Below the pieces are notes generated by a model that was not told where the DNA came from, ran no database searches, and saw nothing but the letters and a program-made list of their open reading frames with translations. This document shows positions 27,393-37,194 of a stretch of DNA of 64,000 nt, piece by piece (position 1 is the stretch's first letter; each line of letters opens with the position of its first letter). The stretch is from assembly GCA_050246755.1 (NCBI GenBank), contig JBFWVL010000001.1, forward strand, positions 1,440,001 to 1,504,000. The letters run 5' to 3'. Source of the stretch: Bacteriovoracia bacterium (GTDB lineage: Bacteria; Bdellovibrionota; UBA1018; CAIPTA01). Both the position numbers and the translations under genes were made by a program.

Positions 27393-28331
27393 TTAGCGGA
27401 ATAGTTCGGCGGCAGCGGAGAAGGGATCTAATTTCCGCCGGGAAACTTTGGCGAGCAGTTCCTGCCCACGCGCGCCCGTGAGTAGTTTCTGCGCGGTGAG
27501 TGCGGCCTGATCCCGTACCACGTGCAAAATAGAGGTACGTGCGAAGTGGACGCGCTTTTTGTCGAGCCCGCCCGACTTTTCGAGGAAATCGTGGTGCTTC
27601 TGGATCGTGGCGAATACCTCGTGCACACCTTCGTTCTTCTCGGCGGAGGTTTTCAAAACCGGGATCGTCCACTCCACGTGTCCGGCAAGCTCGAGCATGG
27701 CCGAAAGCTCGCGTACCACGTGATCGGAACCTTGCCGGTCGCACTTGTTCACGATCAGGATATCGGCGATCTCGAGGATCCCGGCCTTCATCATTTGGAT
27801 ATCGTCGCCGCTCTCGGGTACGAGCACCACGAGGATGGAGTGCGCCACTTCGAGGATGCCGAGCTCGGTCTGGCCCACGCCCGCGGTCTCGAGGATCACG
27901 AGATCGTAGCCGGCGGCGTCGAGGAGCATCACCACTTCCTGGGTATTGCGGGAGAGGCCGCCCTGGCCGCCGCGGGTGCCGATGCTGCGGATGAAAACGT
28001 CGTCGTCGGCGCTATGCTCTTGCATGCGGATGCGGTCGCCGAGGATGGCACCACCAGAAAATGGTGAGGATGGATCCACGCATACCACGCCAACCTTTAG
28101 TCCCTTTGCCCGCGCGAGGCGGATGAGCTTGTCGGTGAGGGTGGACTTGCCGGCGCCGGGAGGGCCGGTGATGCCGATGAGGTGGGCCTTGCCGGTATGA
28201 GGATAGACGCGCGCGAGGGCTTCTTCCACTTGGGGCAGGCGATTCTCCACGAGGGTGATGAGGCGAGCGAGGGCGCGTTTGTCTCCCTGCACGAGGCGAT
28301 CGGCGAGATCTTTCATCCGGGTTGAACTCAT
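27393..28331 (-). CDS. meaB: Methylmalonyl-CoA mutase-associated GTPase (MeaB/ArgK)
   Basis: GITGPPGAGKST, DPSSPFSGGAILGDRIRM, ETAGVGQ, NKCD. Confidence 0.93.
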   Translation of the reverse strand: MSSTRMKDLADRLVQGDKRALARLITLVENRLPQVEEALARVYPHTGKAHLIGITGPPGAGKSTLTDKLIRLARAKGLKVGVVCVDPSSPFSGGAILGDRIRMQEHSADDDVFIRSIGTRGGQGGLSRNTQEVVMLLDAAGYDLVILETAGVGQTELGILEVAHSILVVLVPESGDDIQMMKAGILEIADILIVNKCDRQGSDHVVRELSAMLELAGHVEWTIPVLKTSAEKNEGVHEVFATIQKHHDFLEKSGGLDKKRVHFARTSILHVVRDQAALTAQKLLTGARGQELLAKVSRRKLDPFSAAAELFR

Positions 28332-28831
28332 TTTTTCCGCTGCGCTTTCTGGATGAGCTTAGTGGTGGAACGGCCTTCGATGAATTGGAGGGCGCGCGCT
28401 TGGCCGCCGTAAGATTTTACCAGGGCGGCTTCCGGGATTTTGGACATGTCCCAGTCTCCTCCCTTCACGTAGACCAAGGGCTTCAGCTGCTCGATCAGGG
28501 GCACGGGAGTGTTGGATGAAAAAAAGGTAACGCAATCCACGCAGCCGAGCGCGGCCATCACGCGCATGCGATCTTTGAGGGGCACGAGCGGGCGATCTTT
28601 GCCTTTGATGCGTTTCACGGACGCATCGGAATTCATCGCCACGAGTAGGGCATCGCCGAGCGATCGAGCTTGCTCGAGGTAAGCCACGTGACCCGAGTGC
28701 AGGAGATCGAAGACGCCATTGGTGAAAACTACTTTATGGCCTTTTTTCTGCTGGGCGCGCACCCAGGCGGCCGCTTTTTTGGCCGAGAGAACTTTGCTGG
28801 CACTGGAACGAGAGCGCAAGGGATGCCTCAA
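28328..28831 (-). CDS. rfaE2: D-glycero-beta-D-manno-heptose 1-phosphate adenylyltransferase (RfaE domain II)
   Basis: VFTNGVFDLLHSGH, NSDASVKRIKG, VKGGDW, GRSTT. Confidence 0.92.
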   Translation of the reverse strand: MRHPLRSRSSASKVLSAKKAAAWVRAQQKKGHKVVFTNGVFDLLHSGHVAYLEQARSLGDALLVAMNSDASVKRIKGKDRPLVPLKDRMRVMAALGCVDCVTFFSSNTPVPLIEQLKPLVYVKGGDWDMSKIPEAALVKSYGGQARALQFIEGRSTTKLIQKAQRKK

Positions 28832-29535
28832 GGTTTAGGGCGAACGATGGAGCCGGTGAAGCGATCTTGCCAAGGGCGGCGCTTATTATCGCGGAAAGAG
28901 GCAAGAAGGCCGATGCCCGCGAAGGCGGTGCCGATCACGAGCATGAAGAGGCGGAAGGCGGATTCTTTGAGTCCCACGGGCTTTTGGTATTTGTCGTCTT
29001 CCACCACGTGGAGATGGAGGAGCATCTTGCCGAGAGATTGGCCGCCGAAACTTTCGGAGAGCAGGAAATAGCCGCCGAGAATGATGGAATAGAGAAAAAG
29101 AGGGGAGGCTTTATCGGCGCGGAAAACTTCCCAGGCTTGGCTGCCGAAGGAGAGGGCCCAGCAGGCGAGAAGTGGAAGGAGCACGATGCTGGCATCGATC
29201 GCGAAGGCCGCGAGGCGGATAGCTTGCGACGCGGCGGGTTTTTGCAAGATCGAAGTGGCGGCGCTGGGCTCGGCGCGGGTGGTGCGCAGGGTGGAAGTGG
29301 TGAGCGTGGGCGCGGAATTGGCGATTTGGGCTTGGGAAGCGAAGCGAACGGGGCCGGCGGCCACGGCGCCAGTACCGGCGAGAGATTTCTGCTGGAGTTC
29401 TTCATTGAGGTCGAAGTCGCGTTCGGCTTGGTTTGGCTTTTTGGCGAAGCCGAGGCCTTCACTCAGGGCCGAAAAGCCGAGGTGTTCTTCAGTTAGATCG
29501 TCTAGTTCGCTCAAGTCGTGAGGTTGAAACGCCAT
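28828..29535 (-). CDS. RDD family membrane protein
   Basis: RLAAFAID, GQSLGKMLL, RPWQDRFTGS. Confidence 0.85.
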   Translation of the reverse strand: MAFQPHDLSELDDLTEEHLGFSALSEGLGFAKKPNQAERDFDLNEELQQKSLAGTGAVAAGPVRFASQAQIANSAPTLTTSTLRTTRAEPSAATSILQKPAASQAIRLAAFAIDASIVLLPLLACWALSFGSQAWEVFRADKASPLFLYSIILGGYFLLSESFGGQSLGKMLLHLHVVEDDKYQKPVGLKESAFRLFMLVIGTAFAGIGLLASFRDNKRRPWQDRFTGSIVRPKP

Positions 29536-29549
29536 AATACTTTATAGCC

Positions 29550-30272
29550 TCAAAAATCGACCAGATGCAAGGTGATGGCGGCGGCCGTGAGGCCCGCGGT
29601 TTCTCCGCGTAGGATCTGGTGAGAAAGGGCAACCGCCTGAAAACCTTGGCGAATCAATTCTTCTTCCTCGGCTTTACTGAAGCCACCCTCGGGCCCGATC
29701 GCGAGCACGATCCTCGGCGGCTTGGCCGAGATTTTTTCGAGCAGAGCCTTGGCTAAAGAGAGGGGGGCGGAGGGGGAAAGCAGCAGCTTTAGCCCGGGAA
29801 GCTTGGCCTCGGCCTTTAGGGCATCGGCGAGGGGAAGGAGCGCCTGGATTTTCAAAGGGCGGAGGTTTCCCGACTGTTTCACGGCCGCTTGCACGAGGCG
29901 TATCCAGCGGTCCTCTTTTTCGGTGGTGGCCACGGTATGCTCGGTCTGCACGGGATGAAGGGTGTCCACGCCAAGCTCGGTGAGTTTTTCCACGAGCCAG
30001 TCCATTCGTGAGCCCTTCAGCGGGGCTTGCAGGATTTCCACCGAAATTTTGCGGGTATTGGCTTTCACCATCACGGAGAGAACTTCCACGAAGGTGGCTT
30101 CCTTGGCGGACTCCACGATGCGCCCGTGCGCTTCTTTGCCATAGCCGTCGGTGAGAAGCACTTCGTCGTCAATCCCCAGGCGGAGTACTTTGTAGGCGTG
30201 GCGTGCTTCCTCCGGGGGAAGCTGCACCTTTTGGCCTACGATAAGAGGGTCTCTCACGAGGAAACGTTTCAT
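29550..30272 (-). CDS. rsmE: 16S rRNA m3U1498 methyltransferase
   Basis: HAYKVLRL, EKLTELGV, AVKQSG, IGPEGGFS, ILRGETA. Confidence 0.95.
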   Translation of the reverse strand: MKRFLVRDPLIVGQKVQLPPEEARHAYKVLRLGIDDEVLLTDGYGKEAHGRIVESAKEATFVEVLSVMVKANTRKISVEILQAPLKGSRMDWLVEKLTELGVDTLHPVQTEHTVATTEKEDRWIRLVQAAVKQSGNLRPLKIQALLPLADALKAEAKLPGLKLLLSPSAPLSLAKALLEKISAKPPRIVLAIGPEGGFSKAEEEELIRQGFQAVALSHQILRGETAGLTAAAITLHLVDF

Positions 30273-31810
30273 GGGGTTTTCCGCATCACGAGTAAGTTGC
30301 GCCAGCTGCCGTTGGGCGGCATCGCCACGTTGCTAAGTTCTTTGCGGTAGACGCCCACGTTCTTAGCGTACCAGAGACCGACGTAGGGAAGATCCTTGGC
30401 CACCATGGATTGCACTTCGTCGTAGATTTTTTTGCGCTCTTTGAGGTCCACGGTGGCTTCGCCTTTTTCGATCACGGCGTCGAGAGCCGGATTTTTGTAG
30501 CGGGTGCGGTTATTACGGCCGATTTCGCCGGAGTGGAAAACCTCGAAGTAAATCCGCGGATCCACCACGCCCACCCAGCGGAGCTGGTAGAGCTCGGTAT
30601 TTCCGGTTTTCACGTCGGCATAGAAAATCCCCCATTCGAAAGCCTGGTGATCGATGAGAATGCCAGCTTCTTTGGCCTGCGCGGCGATCACGCGGGCGTT
30701 CTCGATCGAGAGCATCGCGGTGGTGGTTTTGAGGGATAATTTAAGCGGAGGCTTTCCGTTCGTGCCATTGGAATAGCCGGCTTCGTCGAGGAGGGCGCGG
30801 GCGCGGGCGAGGTCGCGCTGCACGATCGGCACTTGCGTGTTCGCGTAGTAGTTGAAATCGGCGAGGATATTGCGCGCGGGCACGGCCATGCCGCGGCTTT
30901 TGTAACGGATCAAGCCGGGGACGTCGAGGCTGAGGGCGAGGGCTTCGCGCACGCGGGGGTCGCGGAGTTTCTCGTTGGTCATATTGAGGCCAAGGTAGGT
31001 ATAGCCAATGCCGGGGCTCGAGGCCACGCGGAGCGCGGAGTTTTTTTCTTTTTCGATAAGGTCGATTTTGCGGAAGTTCATTTCGTTTTGCACGAAATCG
31101 AGCTCGCCGCGCTGGAGCTTGAGGTAGCGGGAAAGATCGTCGCGCACCACTTTGATTTTTATCTTCGGCGTGGGTGGCTCGGGGAGGCAGCCGGAATCAT
31201 TACGCACCAGGGAAATTAGGCTGGGATTCAGCTCGGCCACTCGGTAGGGAGCCACCCCGGGAATCAGCACCGGCTTATCGCCGGCGGCGATACCATCGAG
31301 CTGCATGATCTTCATAAGTTCGAGATCGGCTATCACGCTGAGGGAGGGTTTCTCGAGGCCGAGGCGGAATTTTTGGTCGCTGATTCTCTCGAATTTTTTG
31401 ATTCGCTTCATCGCTTCGGCGTGCACGGATTTATTTTTCTCGTCTTGGAAAAACGTCAGGCTCTTTTCCACGTCGCCCGACGTCACTTCTTTTCCATTCG
31501 CGAAACGGCAGCCCTTGCGCAACGTGAACTCAATGGTGGTGGGATTCACGAAGTGGAATTCTTCCGCCAGGTAAGGCTCGGGAATGAGTTTGTCGGAAAT
31601 GGTCACGAGGCTCGAATGCACCAGCTCGTTGATGTGCTGGGAGTTGGCGTCGCTCGCGTAAAGCGGGTTTAGGCTCTGCACCGGCGCGCTCACGATGGTG
31701 GTGATGGTGTCGGCGGGCGAGCGGTTGGGATTGGCGCAGCCTACCGCGAAAAGCGCGGGGCCCAAGAGTAAAAGCGGCAGGTGAATTTTCATCCCGGAAT
31801 TTGGCGCCAT
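30269..31810 (-). CDS. Peptide/nickel ABC transporter substrate-binding lipoprotein (family 5)
   Basis: AVGC lipobox; SLNP, PYLAE, FTLRKG, DPRVREAL, ERKKIY..Q. Confidence 0.9.
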   Translation of the reverse strand: MAPNSGMKIHLPLLLLGPALFAVGCANPNRSPADTITTIVSAPVQSLNPLYASDANSQHINELVHSSLVTISDKLIPEPYLAEEFHFVNPTTIEFTLRKGCRFANGKEVTSGDVEKSLTFFQDEKNKSVHAEAMKRIKKFERISDQKFRLGLEKPSLSVIADLELMKIMQLDGIAAGDKPVLIPGVAPYRVAELNPSLISLVRNDSGCLPEPPTPKIKIKVVRDDLSRYLKLQRGELDFVQNEMNFRKIDLIEKEKNSALRVASSPGIGYTYLGLNMTNEKLRDPRVREALALSLDVPGLIRYKSRGMAVPARNILADFNYYANTQVPIVQRDLARARALLDEAGYSNGTNGKPPLKLSLKTTTAMLSIENARVIAAQAKEAGILIDHQAFEWGIFYADVKTGNTELYQLRWVGVVDPRIYFEVFHSGEIGRNNRTRYKNPALDAVIEKGEATVDLKERKKIYDEVQSMVAKDLPYVGLWYAKNVGVYRKELSNVAMPPNGSWRNLLVMRKTP

Positions 31811-31841
31811 CGCTTATGATTTTAGCAATTCCGGAGGATTC

Positions 31842-33272
31842 ATGGGGAGAATTTCGCTTTTATTGACTTTGGTTTTCGTTCTACCTGCTCCGGCGCGCGC
31901 GCTCACACTGGAGGAGTTCCAGTCCAAACTTAAAGCCAAGATGGCTGAACTCCCGGGAAAGGCCACCGCCTCGGTGCGGGTAGAGGTTTTGGGCCGCGAT
32001 CAGGTGCTTTTCTCGCATAACGAAGAAAAAAAACTCGTGCCCGCGTCCAACGTAAAGCTGATTTCTACGATGGCGGCCCTGGAGAAAATGGGGCCGGGCT
32101 ACACGTTCGAGACCAAGGTGTTCCAGAAGGGAAATGATCTGATTCTGGCGGGTAACGGGGATCCTTACCTGGTAAGCGAACGGCTCTGGCTTTTGGCCCG
32201 GGCAGTGGCGCGCACGGGACTAAAACAGGTAGGGACCATTCGCGTAAACAATTCCGCGTTCAGCGAAGACTACCGCGGGCTTATGGCCTTCGAAAAAAGC
32301 GGTGAGCCCTTTACCGCCATGGTTTCGGCCACTAGCTTGAATTTCAATTCGCTCGAAGTGCACGTGACGCCGTCCCTCACCGGGAATAAACCTAAAATAG
32401 AGCTCGGGCCCGTTCCGCACAAATATGCGCAGCTGCGTAACGAGGTAACTCAAACCGGCGGGAGCGGAAAGGACCTGGCGATTCGTCCCGTTTCCGTGAA
32501 CGGAAACCAGGAAACGTTCGTGATTTCCGGCACGATCGGGAAAAACGCGAGCCCGGTAATTCTTTACGCATCGGTGAATAATCCCGCCTCGTATATTGCG
32601 CACGCGTTCGCGGCGCTTTTACGCGTGGAGGGCATTCAGGTGAAGGAAGATTTTGGGGGTTCCACTTTTGCGCCAGCCGACGGCGGTGAAAAAGTTTTAG
32701 TCAGTCAAGAGGGGCCCGCTCTTCTCGATCTGGTTCGACTTCAAAATACCTTTTCTAATAACTTCATGACCGAACAAGTATTTCAGGCATTTGGCGCGTT
32801 TTCCGAGGGGGGAGCGGCTTCTTTAGAGAAATCGCACCGGGCCGGAAATAAGTTTTTACGGCTCCGCGGCTCATGTCGCGATGCCACAATGGAGAATGGA
32901 TCGGGACTCGCTTGGGAGACGCAAATCTCGAGCCACTGTTTTGTGGAGACATTGCAAACTAGCTATCGAGATTTTCGCGTTTTTGCCGATCTAATAGGTA
33001 GCCTTCCGGTGGGAGGGCAAACGGGCAGTTTGAAGTCGCGGTTCAAGAGAGTTGGGCCGGGTTTTGAGCCCTGGAAAGTGCGGGCCAAAACCGGCACTCT
33101 CTGGAGCAAACAGGCCGTGTCGTCGCTAGTGGGATTCACTCAATCGGCGAGCGGAGAAACGATCGTATTCTCGCTGATCGAGAACGATAAACGAAACGAT
33201 CCGGGCTTACTGCGGGGAATGAAGGATTGGGAAGATCGATGCGTGGAGCTTATGCAGCAGTTAAAGCTTTAG
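31842..33272 (+). CDS. dacB: D-Ala-D-Ala carboxypeptidase/endopeptidase (PBP4, S13)
   Basis: PASNVKL (SxxK), GNGDPYL, SNN, ENGSGL, RAKTGTL. Confidence 0.92.
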   Translation: MGRISLLLTLVFVLPAPARALTLEEFQSKLKAKMAELPGKATASVRVEVLGRDQVLFSHNEEKKLVPASNVKLISTMAALEKMGPGYTFETKVFQKGNDLILAGNGDPYLVSERLWLLARAVARTGLKQVGTIRVNNSAFSEDYRGLMAFEKSGEPFTAMVSATSLNFNSLEVHVTPSLTGNKPKIELGPVPHKYAQLRNEVTQTGGSGKDLAIRPVSVNGNQETFVISGTIGKNASPVILYASVNNPASYIAHAFAALLRVEGIQVKEDFGGSTFAPADGGEKVLVSQEGPALLDLVRLQNTFSNNFMTEQVFQAFGAFSEGGAASLEKSHRAGNKFLRLRGSCRDATMENGSGLAWETQISSHCFVETLQTSYRDFRVFADLIGSLPVGGQTGSLKSRFKRVGPGFEPWKVRAKTGTLWSKQAVSSLVGFTQSASGETIVFSLIENDKRNDPGLLRGMKDWEDRCVELMQQLKL

Positions 33273-34567
33273 TTTTTCCCGCGCTTGCGCTCGCGTTTTT
33301 TTCCACCAATCTGTCCGCCGACGAAATGCTCATCATGGGGCCGCCCGTGGCTACCACCGCCCAGAACGCCGCCGCCCGCACCGTAGCCTTTCCCGCCGCC
33401 TATGGTCCCTTCCAGTTCGACGCGAAAATAGAGAAGCGTGTGTCCTTTTGGGTGAACGTGTACATGAAGTATCATTCCTGGGAGACCGTGATTCACGACG
33501 TTAAGTACCCCTGGCTCGTATACGGGGAGGTGAATACCTCGAAATCCAAAAGCGCGGCCAGCATCGAGAAGGCCCGCGTGATCGCCCTGCTGCGGCGGAC
33601 CTCGGCGAAACAGAAAGAAATCGCGGCCGGCACCATGAGCCGCGATAAGCTTCGCGCCGACGAAGAAAAAATGCTCCAGCTTTTCGAGATGCATAACTTA
33701 GTTGGTGAGCTCGCCGCTGCCGCCGACTCTAGGCGGGTACGCGGGCAGGCCGGATTAAGGGATGCTCTCGAGGATTCGCTCTTCGTCTCCGGCCGCTACC
33801 TTCCACGCATGGAAAAGGTATTCGAAAGCTTCAACCTTCCGCCCGAAATTGCCTACCTTCCCTTCGTGGAAAGTGGCTTCAATAAAAAAGCCGTCTCTAA
33901 GGTGGGCGCCTCTGGCATCTGGCAGTTCATGCCTTATACCGGGAAACTCTACCTGCGCGTGGACGAAGAGGTGGACGAACGCAACGATCCCATGCGCGCC
34001 GCCGAAGCCGCCGCTCGTCTGATGCGCCAGAACTTCGCCGCCCTCGGCTCTTGGCCCCTCGCCGTTACGGCCTACAACCACGGCACCGCCGGCATGGGCC
34101 GCGCCGTGAAAGAGGTGGGCACCACCGAGATTTCCGAGATCATCGCTAAATACGAGAGCAAGAGCTTCGGTTTTGCCTCGCAGAATTTTTATTCCTGCTT
34201 CTTGGCGGCCCTACACGTGGCGAAAAACTCCGCGCAGTACCTCGGCGAGATCCCGCGGGCGCGAAAGCTAGAATTCGATGAGTTCGTTATGCCGGACTAT
34301 GTAGATATCCACGTGCTGTTAGAAAAAATGGAAATTGAAGAGACGATGTTCCGCGAGCTAAACCCCGCGTTGACCCAGGAAGTTTACAGTGGCCGCCGCT
34401 ATATTCCCGTTGGCTATACGATCCGCGTACCGGTGGAGGCGCGCGCGAATTTCTTCGCCCGCTATGAGTCGATTCCGCCAGAACAGAAGTTTCGCGAACA
34501 GAAGAGCGTGATGGGCCCTACGCCAGCGTCGTTGGTCAGCACGGGCGCGGCCGCAAAGGCGAACTAG
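33227..34567 (+). CDS. MltD-like lytic murein transglycosylase (true start may be slightly downstream)
   Basis: LPFVESGF, GASGIWQFMP, VDERNDP, AVTAYNHG; degenerate LysM-like ELNP region. Confidence 0.9.
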   Translation: MGRSMRGAYAAVKALVFPALALAFFSTNLSADEMLIMGPPVATTAQNAAARTVAFPAAYGPFQFDAKIEKRVSFWVNVYMKYHSWETVIHDVKYPWLVYGEVNTSKSKSAASIEKARVIALLRRTSAKQKEIAAGTMSRDKLRADEEKMLQLFEMHNLVGELAAAADSRRVRGQAGLRDALEDSLFVSGRYLPRMEKVFESFNLPPEIAYLPFVESGFNKKAVSKVGASGIWQFMPYTGKLYLRVDEEVDERNDPMRAAEAAARLMRQNFAALGSWPLAVTAYNHGTAGMGRAVKEVGTTEISEIIAKYESKSFGFASQNFYSCFLAALHVAKNSAQYLGEIPRARKLEFDEFVMPDYVDIHVLLEKMEIEETMFRELNPALTQEVYSGRRYIPVGYTIRVPVEARANFFARYESIPPEQKFREQKSVMGPTPASLVSTGAAAKAN

Positions 34568-35760
34568 AGCCAATTCAATTGAAACGTAGATTTCATCAGC
34601 TGTCTGGAATCTATCCAGAACTGCCCGTTCTCGCATTCCCACGAATATTTCGGCGTGCCGGCGGCATTATGGCAGCTGGGGCCGAAGCTGTCCCTTACCA
34701 AGAAATCGCAGCTTTTGCTTTTAGGATTGAAGCGCCGGCCCACGATCACGGAGGCGTGCGCGGGGCAGGAGTAATTAAGCAAGCCGCCGGCATCGTCTCC
34801 TATTTCGTAGGCACCGATCTTTTCCTGCACGGAACCGCAGTACTGCACGCCTATCGGCTGCGCGGGCACGCGATTTAGTTTTTCGTGGGCGATTTTTTCT
34901 AGTTCGTCCACGCGGTATTCCGTAAGGTTCTCTTTGTTTCTAGGAAAGAGCTTCATGCGATTTGCCATCTGCGGTTCCGGTATTTCAGGCTGAAAAGAAT
35001 GAGCGGAGCAGAATTTCTCGAGAAATAAGCCGATGGAGGAAACGGGCATGGCCATCGCGGAGGCGGCTTTTACCGCGGCGATGATGTCTTTGGCGGGAAT
35101 CACGTTCTCCCGCGTGCGGCATTGAAAAAATTCTTCGCTGAGATCGGGGTCGGCTTTTCCGCCCAGGATGCCGGCCAGAAAGGGAAGGGGCACTGCCTGG
35201 TATTTTTTTATTTCGGCGTGAATCGCCTGGAGGAAATTGCGTTTGCTGGGATAAAGGCGGAGATCGGAGTTTTCGCCTAGGAGCTGCTTTTGTTCCTGTT
35301 CCGTAAGGCCGAAGCTGCCGTCGAACTGGTTGAGCCAGTTTTGATCGCAGACGGGCTTTTTCCCGGCGAGTCTCATGGCTTCCATCGCGTTACCCATCCC
35401 GAATATTTTGACCGGACCCGCGAACGGCATCTCCATGCGGTCGAGGGAGAGCAGTTTCATCTCGGCGTTAGCCGCCATGGCGGCGAGCGAAAGCGGGGCG
35501 GTGAGCCGCCGCGGCAGCTTTCCTTCTTGGTAGAAGCGGCGGGCATCGATGAGCTGCGAAGCTTCTACGGCGTAGCAAATTTCGGAATCGGTGGCTTCGG
35601 CGAGCGAGCGTTGGTCGTAGACCGGAATTTTGGCGAACGGGCCGTTACCTTGGTCGAGGCGCACTTCGGTGCAGTCTTTTTCTTCCAGGGCATGGGCCGC
35701 GGGCATGCTCAGCATGGAAAAAAGGAAGGCAGCTAGCAGTTGGGTAGCTTTGATTTCCAT
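34564..35760 (-). CDS. Secreted papain-like cysteine protease
   Basis: Signal peptide from ATG 35760; VYDQ...ICYA (Gln/Cys) and HASVIVG...FLVRDSFG (His/Asp). Confidence 0.75.
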   Translation of the reverse strand: MEIKATQLLAAFLFSMLSMPAAHALEEKDCTEVRLDQGNGPFAKIPVYDQRSLAEATDSEICYAVEASQLIDARRFYQEGKLPRRLTAPLSLAAMAANAEMKLLSLDRMEMPFAGPVKIFGMGNAMEAMRLAGKKPVCDQNWLNQFDGSFGLTEQEQKQLLGENSDLRLYPSKRNFLQAIHAEIKKYQAVPLPFLAGILGGKADPDLSEEFFQCRTRENVIPAKDIIAAVKAASAMAMPVSSIGLFLEKFCSAHSFQPEIPEPQMANRMKLFPRNKENLTEYRVDELEKIAHEKLNRVPAQPIGVQYCGSVQEKIGAYEIGDDAGGLLNYSCPAHASVIVGRRFNPKSKSCDFLVRDSFGPSCHNAAGTPKYSWECENGQFWIDSRQLMKSTFQLNWL

Positions 35761-35816
35761 AAGAACGAGTTCCCTCTCGGGAATTGTAGCAACGACTCCG
35801 GCACCGGCGGTAGGCA

Positions 35817-35851
35817 AAGAAAAAGGGGCGCCGATTTCTCGGCACCCCTTT
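35817..35851 (-). terminator. Intrinsic terminator after the M14 gene
   Basis: On the minus strand: aaggggtgccga-gaaa-tcggcgcccc followed by ttttt. Confidence 0.8.
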
Positions 35852-35866
35852 GAAATTTCAGAGATT

Positions 35867-37114
35867 TTATTGCCCGTAGAACAGCGTCGTCTCCGGACGT
35901 AGCGTGGCGCGGTGCGGATCATCGGCGAGGTCGAGCATATAGAGCATCGGCTTCACGTTCGCCTGGAACGTGCTCTGGATGGCGCCCACTCCGGGATAGA
36001 AACCGCCGCCGCCCCACTGGTCTTTCGGCGTGAGTTCGAAGGTGAAGGCGAAGATGCCGAGGGTGCCGTAGGCCCAGTCGGTGGTGTCGCCGCTGGTGAT
36101 ATAGAGGTCGCTCGATTGTTCGGGGGTATAGCCGTTCCAGCCAGCCATGGTGGTTGCCATTTTCTTAAACGTATCGTGGTCGGCGGCATTCGCGATCGGA
36201 TCGTTGGTGTAGCCCCAGGGGTAGAGCACGAGCTCGCTGTAGGAGTGGAGGGTAAGCAACACTTTAAGGTTCGGGTGGCCTTCCACGAAATTCTTCACGG
36301 CGATGGTCTCGGGCTCGCTAAAAGCTTTGGGGCCCATATAGATGTCGGAGCAGGTGTCGCTGGAGCTTCCTCCGGTTCCCCATTTAAAGCCGTAGTTGCG
36401 GTTCAAGTCCGTTCCGGCGCAACGGGCGGTGGGGTTCACGCGGTTTTTACGCCACATTTTATAGGAGCCGCTGGCGATATCGTATTCGGCACCATCCACG
36501 TTAAGCATGGGGATTACGAAGAAATCGCGGCGGTCGAGGAGGTCGCGTACGGCGCGATCGGTGTCGTATTTTTCTACCAAGTATTTAGCGAAGAGGATGG
36601 GGACTTCCACCGAGAGGTGTTCGCGGGCGTGGTGGGCGCCGATGAGTACCATGCCGGGAAGGCCGGAGGGGGTGAGGCCGTCGGTGGCGTGCGGATTGAT
36701 ACGGATCCCGCGGATGAACTTGCCTTCCACGGTGCGGCCGATAGTGAAGCTATGCACGAGGGTGGGGTTTTTCGCTTCGAGGGCATCGAGCTCTTCGTTC
36801 ATTTCGGCGTAATTATGGAACTGGGAGTCTTGGGAGGGAAAGTCTTCGGTGCGGATTTCGGATTCAGGGAAGTAGGAGAGCACTTCAAAGCCTTTAGCTT
36901 TGAGGGACTCGATCATTTTGAGAGTGCCGAAGCCGTAACTGATGCCATCGATCTGGGTTTCGATCGAAACGCCTTCGTTTACGATGGCCGAACGAACGGT
37001 TTTGTCCTTAGCGCGGATTGAGACCCACTGCATTTCGTTTTCGTTTGTTTCCGCCCTGGCCGTGGCGATTAGGAATGTGAAAATGGTTACTATGGCTAAC
37101 GAAAGCTTCAGCAT
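35867..37114 (-). CDS. Secreted zinc carboxypeptidase (M14, carboxypeptidase T-like)
   Basis: AAGGAG RBS; HHAREH, WRKNR, DLNRNY, LHSYS, FTFEL. Confidence 0.93.
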   Translation of the reverse strand: MLKLSLAIVTIFTFLIATARAETNENEMQWVSIRAKDKTVRSAIVNEGVSIETQIDGISYGFGTLKMIESLKAKGFEVLSYFPESEIRTEDFPSQDSQFHNYAEMNEELDALEAKNPTLVHSFTIGRTVEGKFIRGIRINPHATDGLTPSGLPGMVLIGAHHAREHLSVEVPILFAKYLVEKYDTDRAVRDLLDRRDFFVIPMLNVDGAEYDIASGSYKMWRKNRVNPTARCAGTDLNRNYGFKWGTGGSSSDTCSDIYMGPKAFSEPETIAVKNFVEGHPNLKVLLTLHSYSELVLYPWGYTNDPIANAADHDTFKKMATTMAGWNGYTPEQSSDLYITSGDTTDWAYGTLGIFAFTFELTPKDQWGGGGFYPGVGAIQSTFQANVKPMLYMLDLADDPHRATLRPETTLFYGQ

Positions 37115-37194
37115 GAATCTCTCCTCCTTGGAGCGTGTTACAAAGTGTCTAACGCTTACAGTGTAGACAAAACTATGAGATAACAAATTCCTAA

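Noticed and set aside
31842-33272. dacB as a predatory prey-rounding endopeptidase
   Set aside because: No adjacent ankyrin immunity gene; pairing with an mltD-like gene fits a housekeeping PBP4. This cannot be resolved from sequence alone.
35912-37021. Long antisense ORFs (369 aa here; also 10032-10931, 17246-18037, 47059-47985, 54215-54991, 60161-61087)
   Set aside because: Each lies opposite a well-supported gene and has no motifs; expected from GC-rich codon bias.
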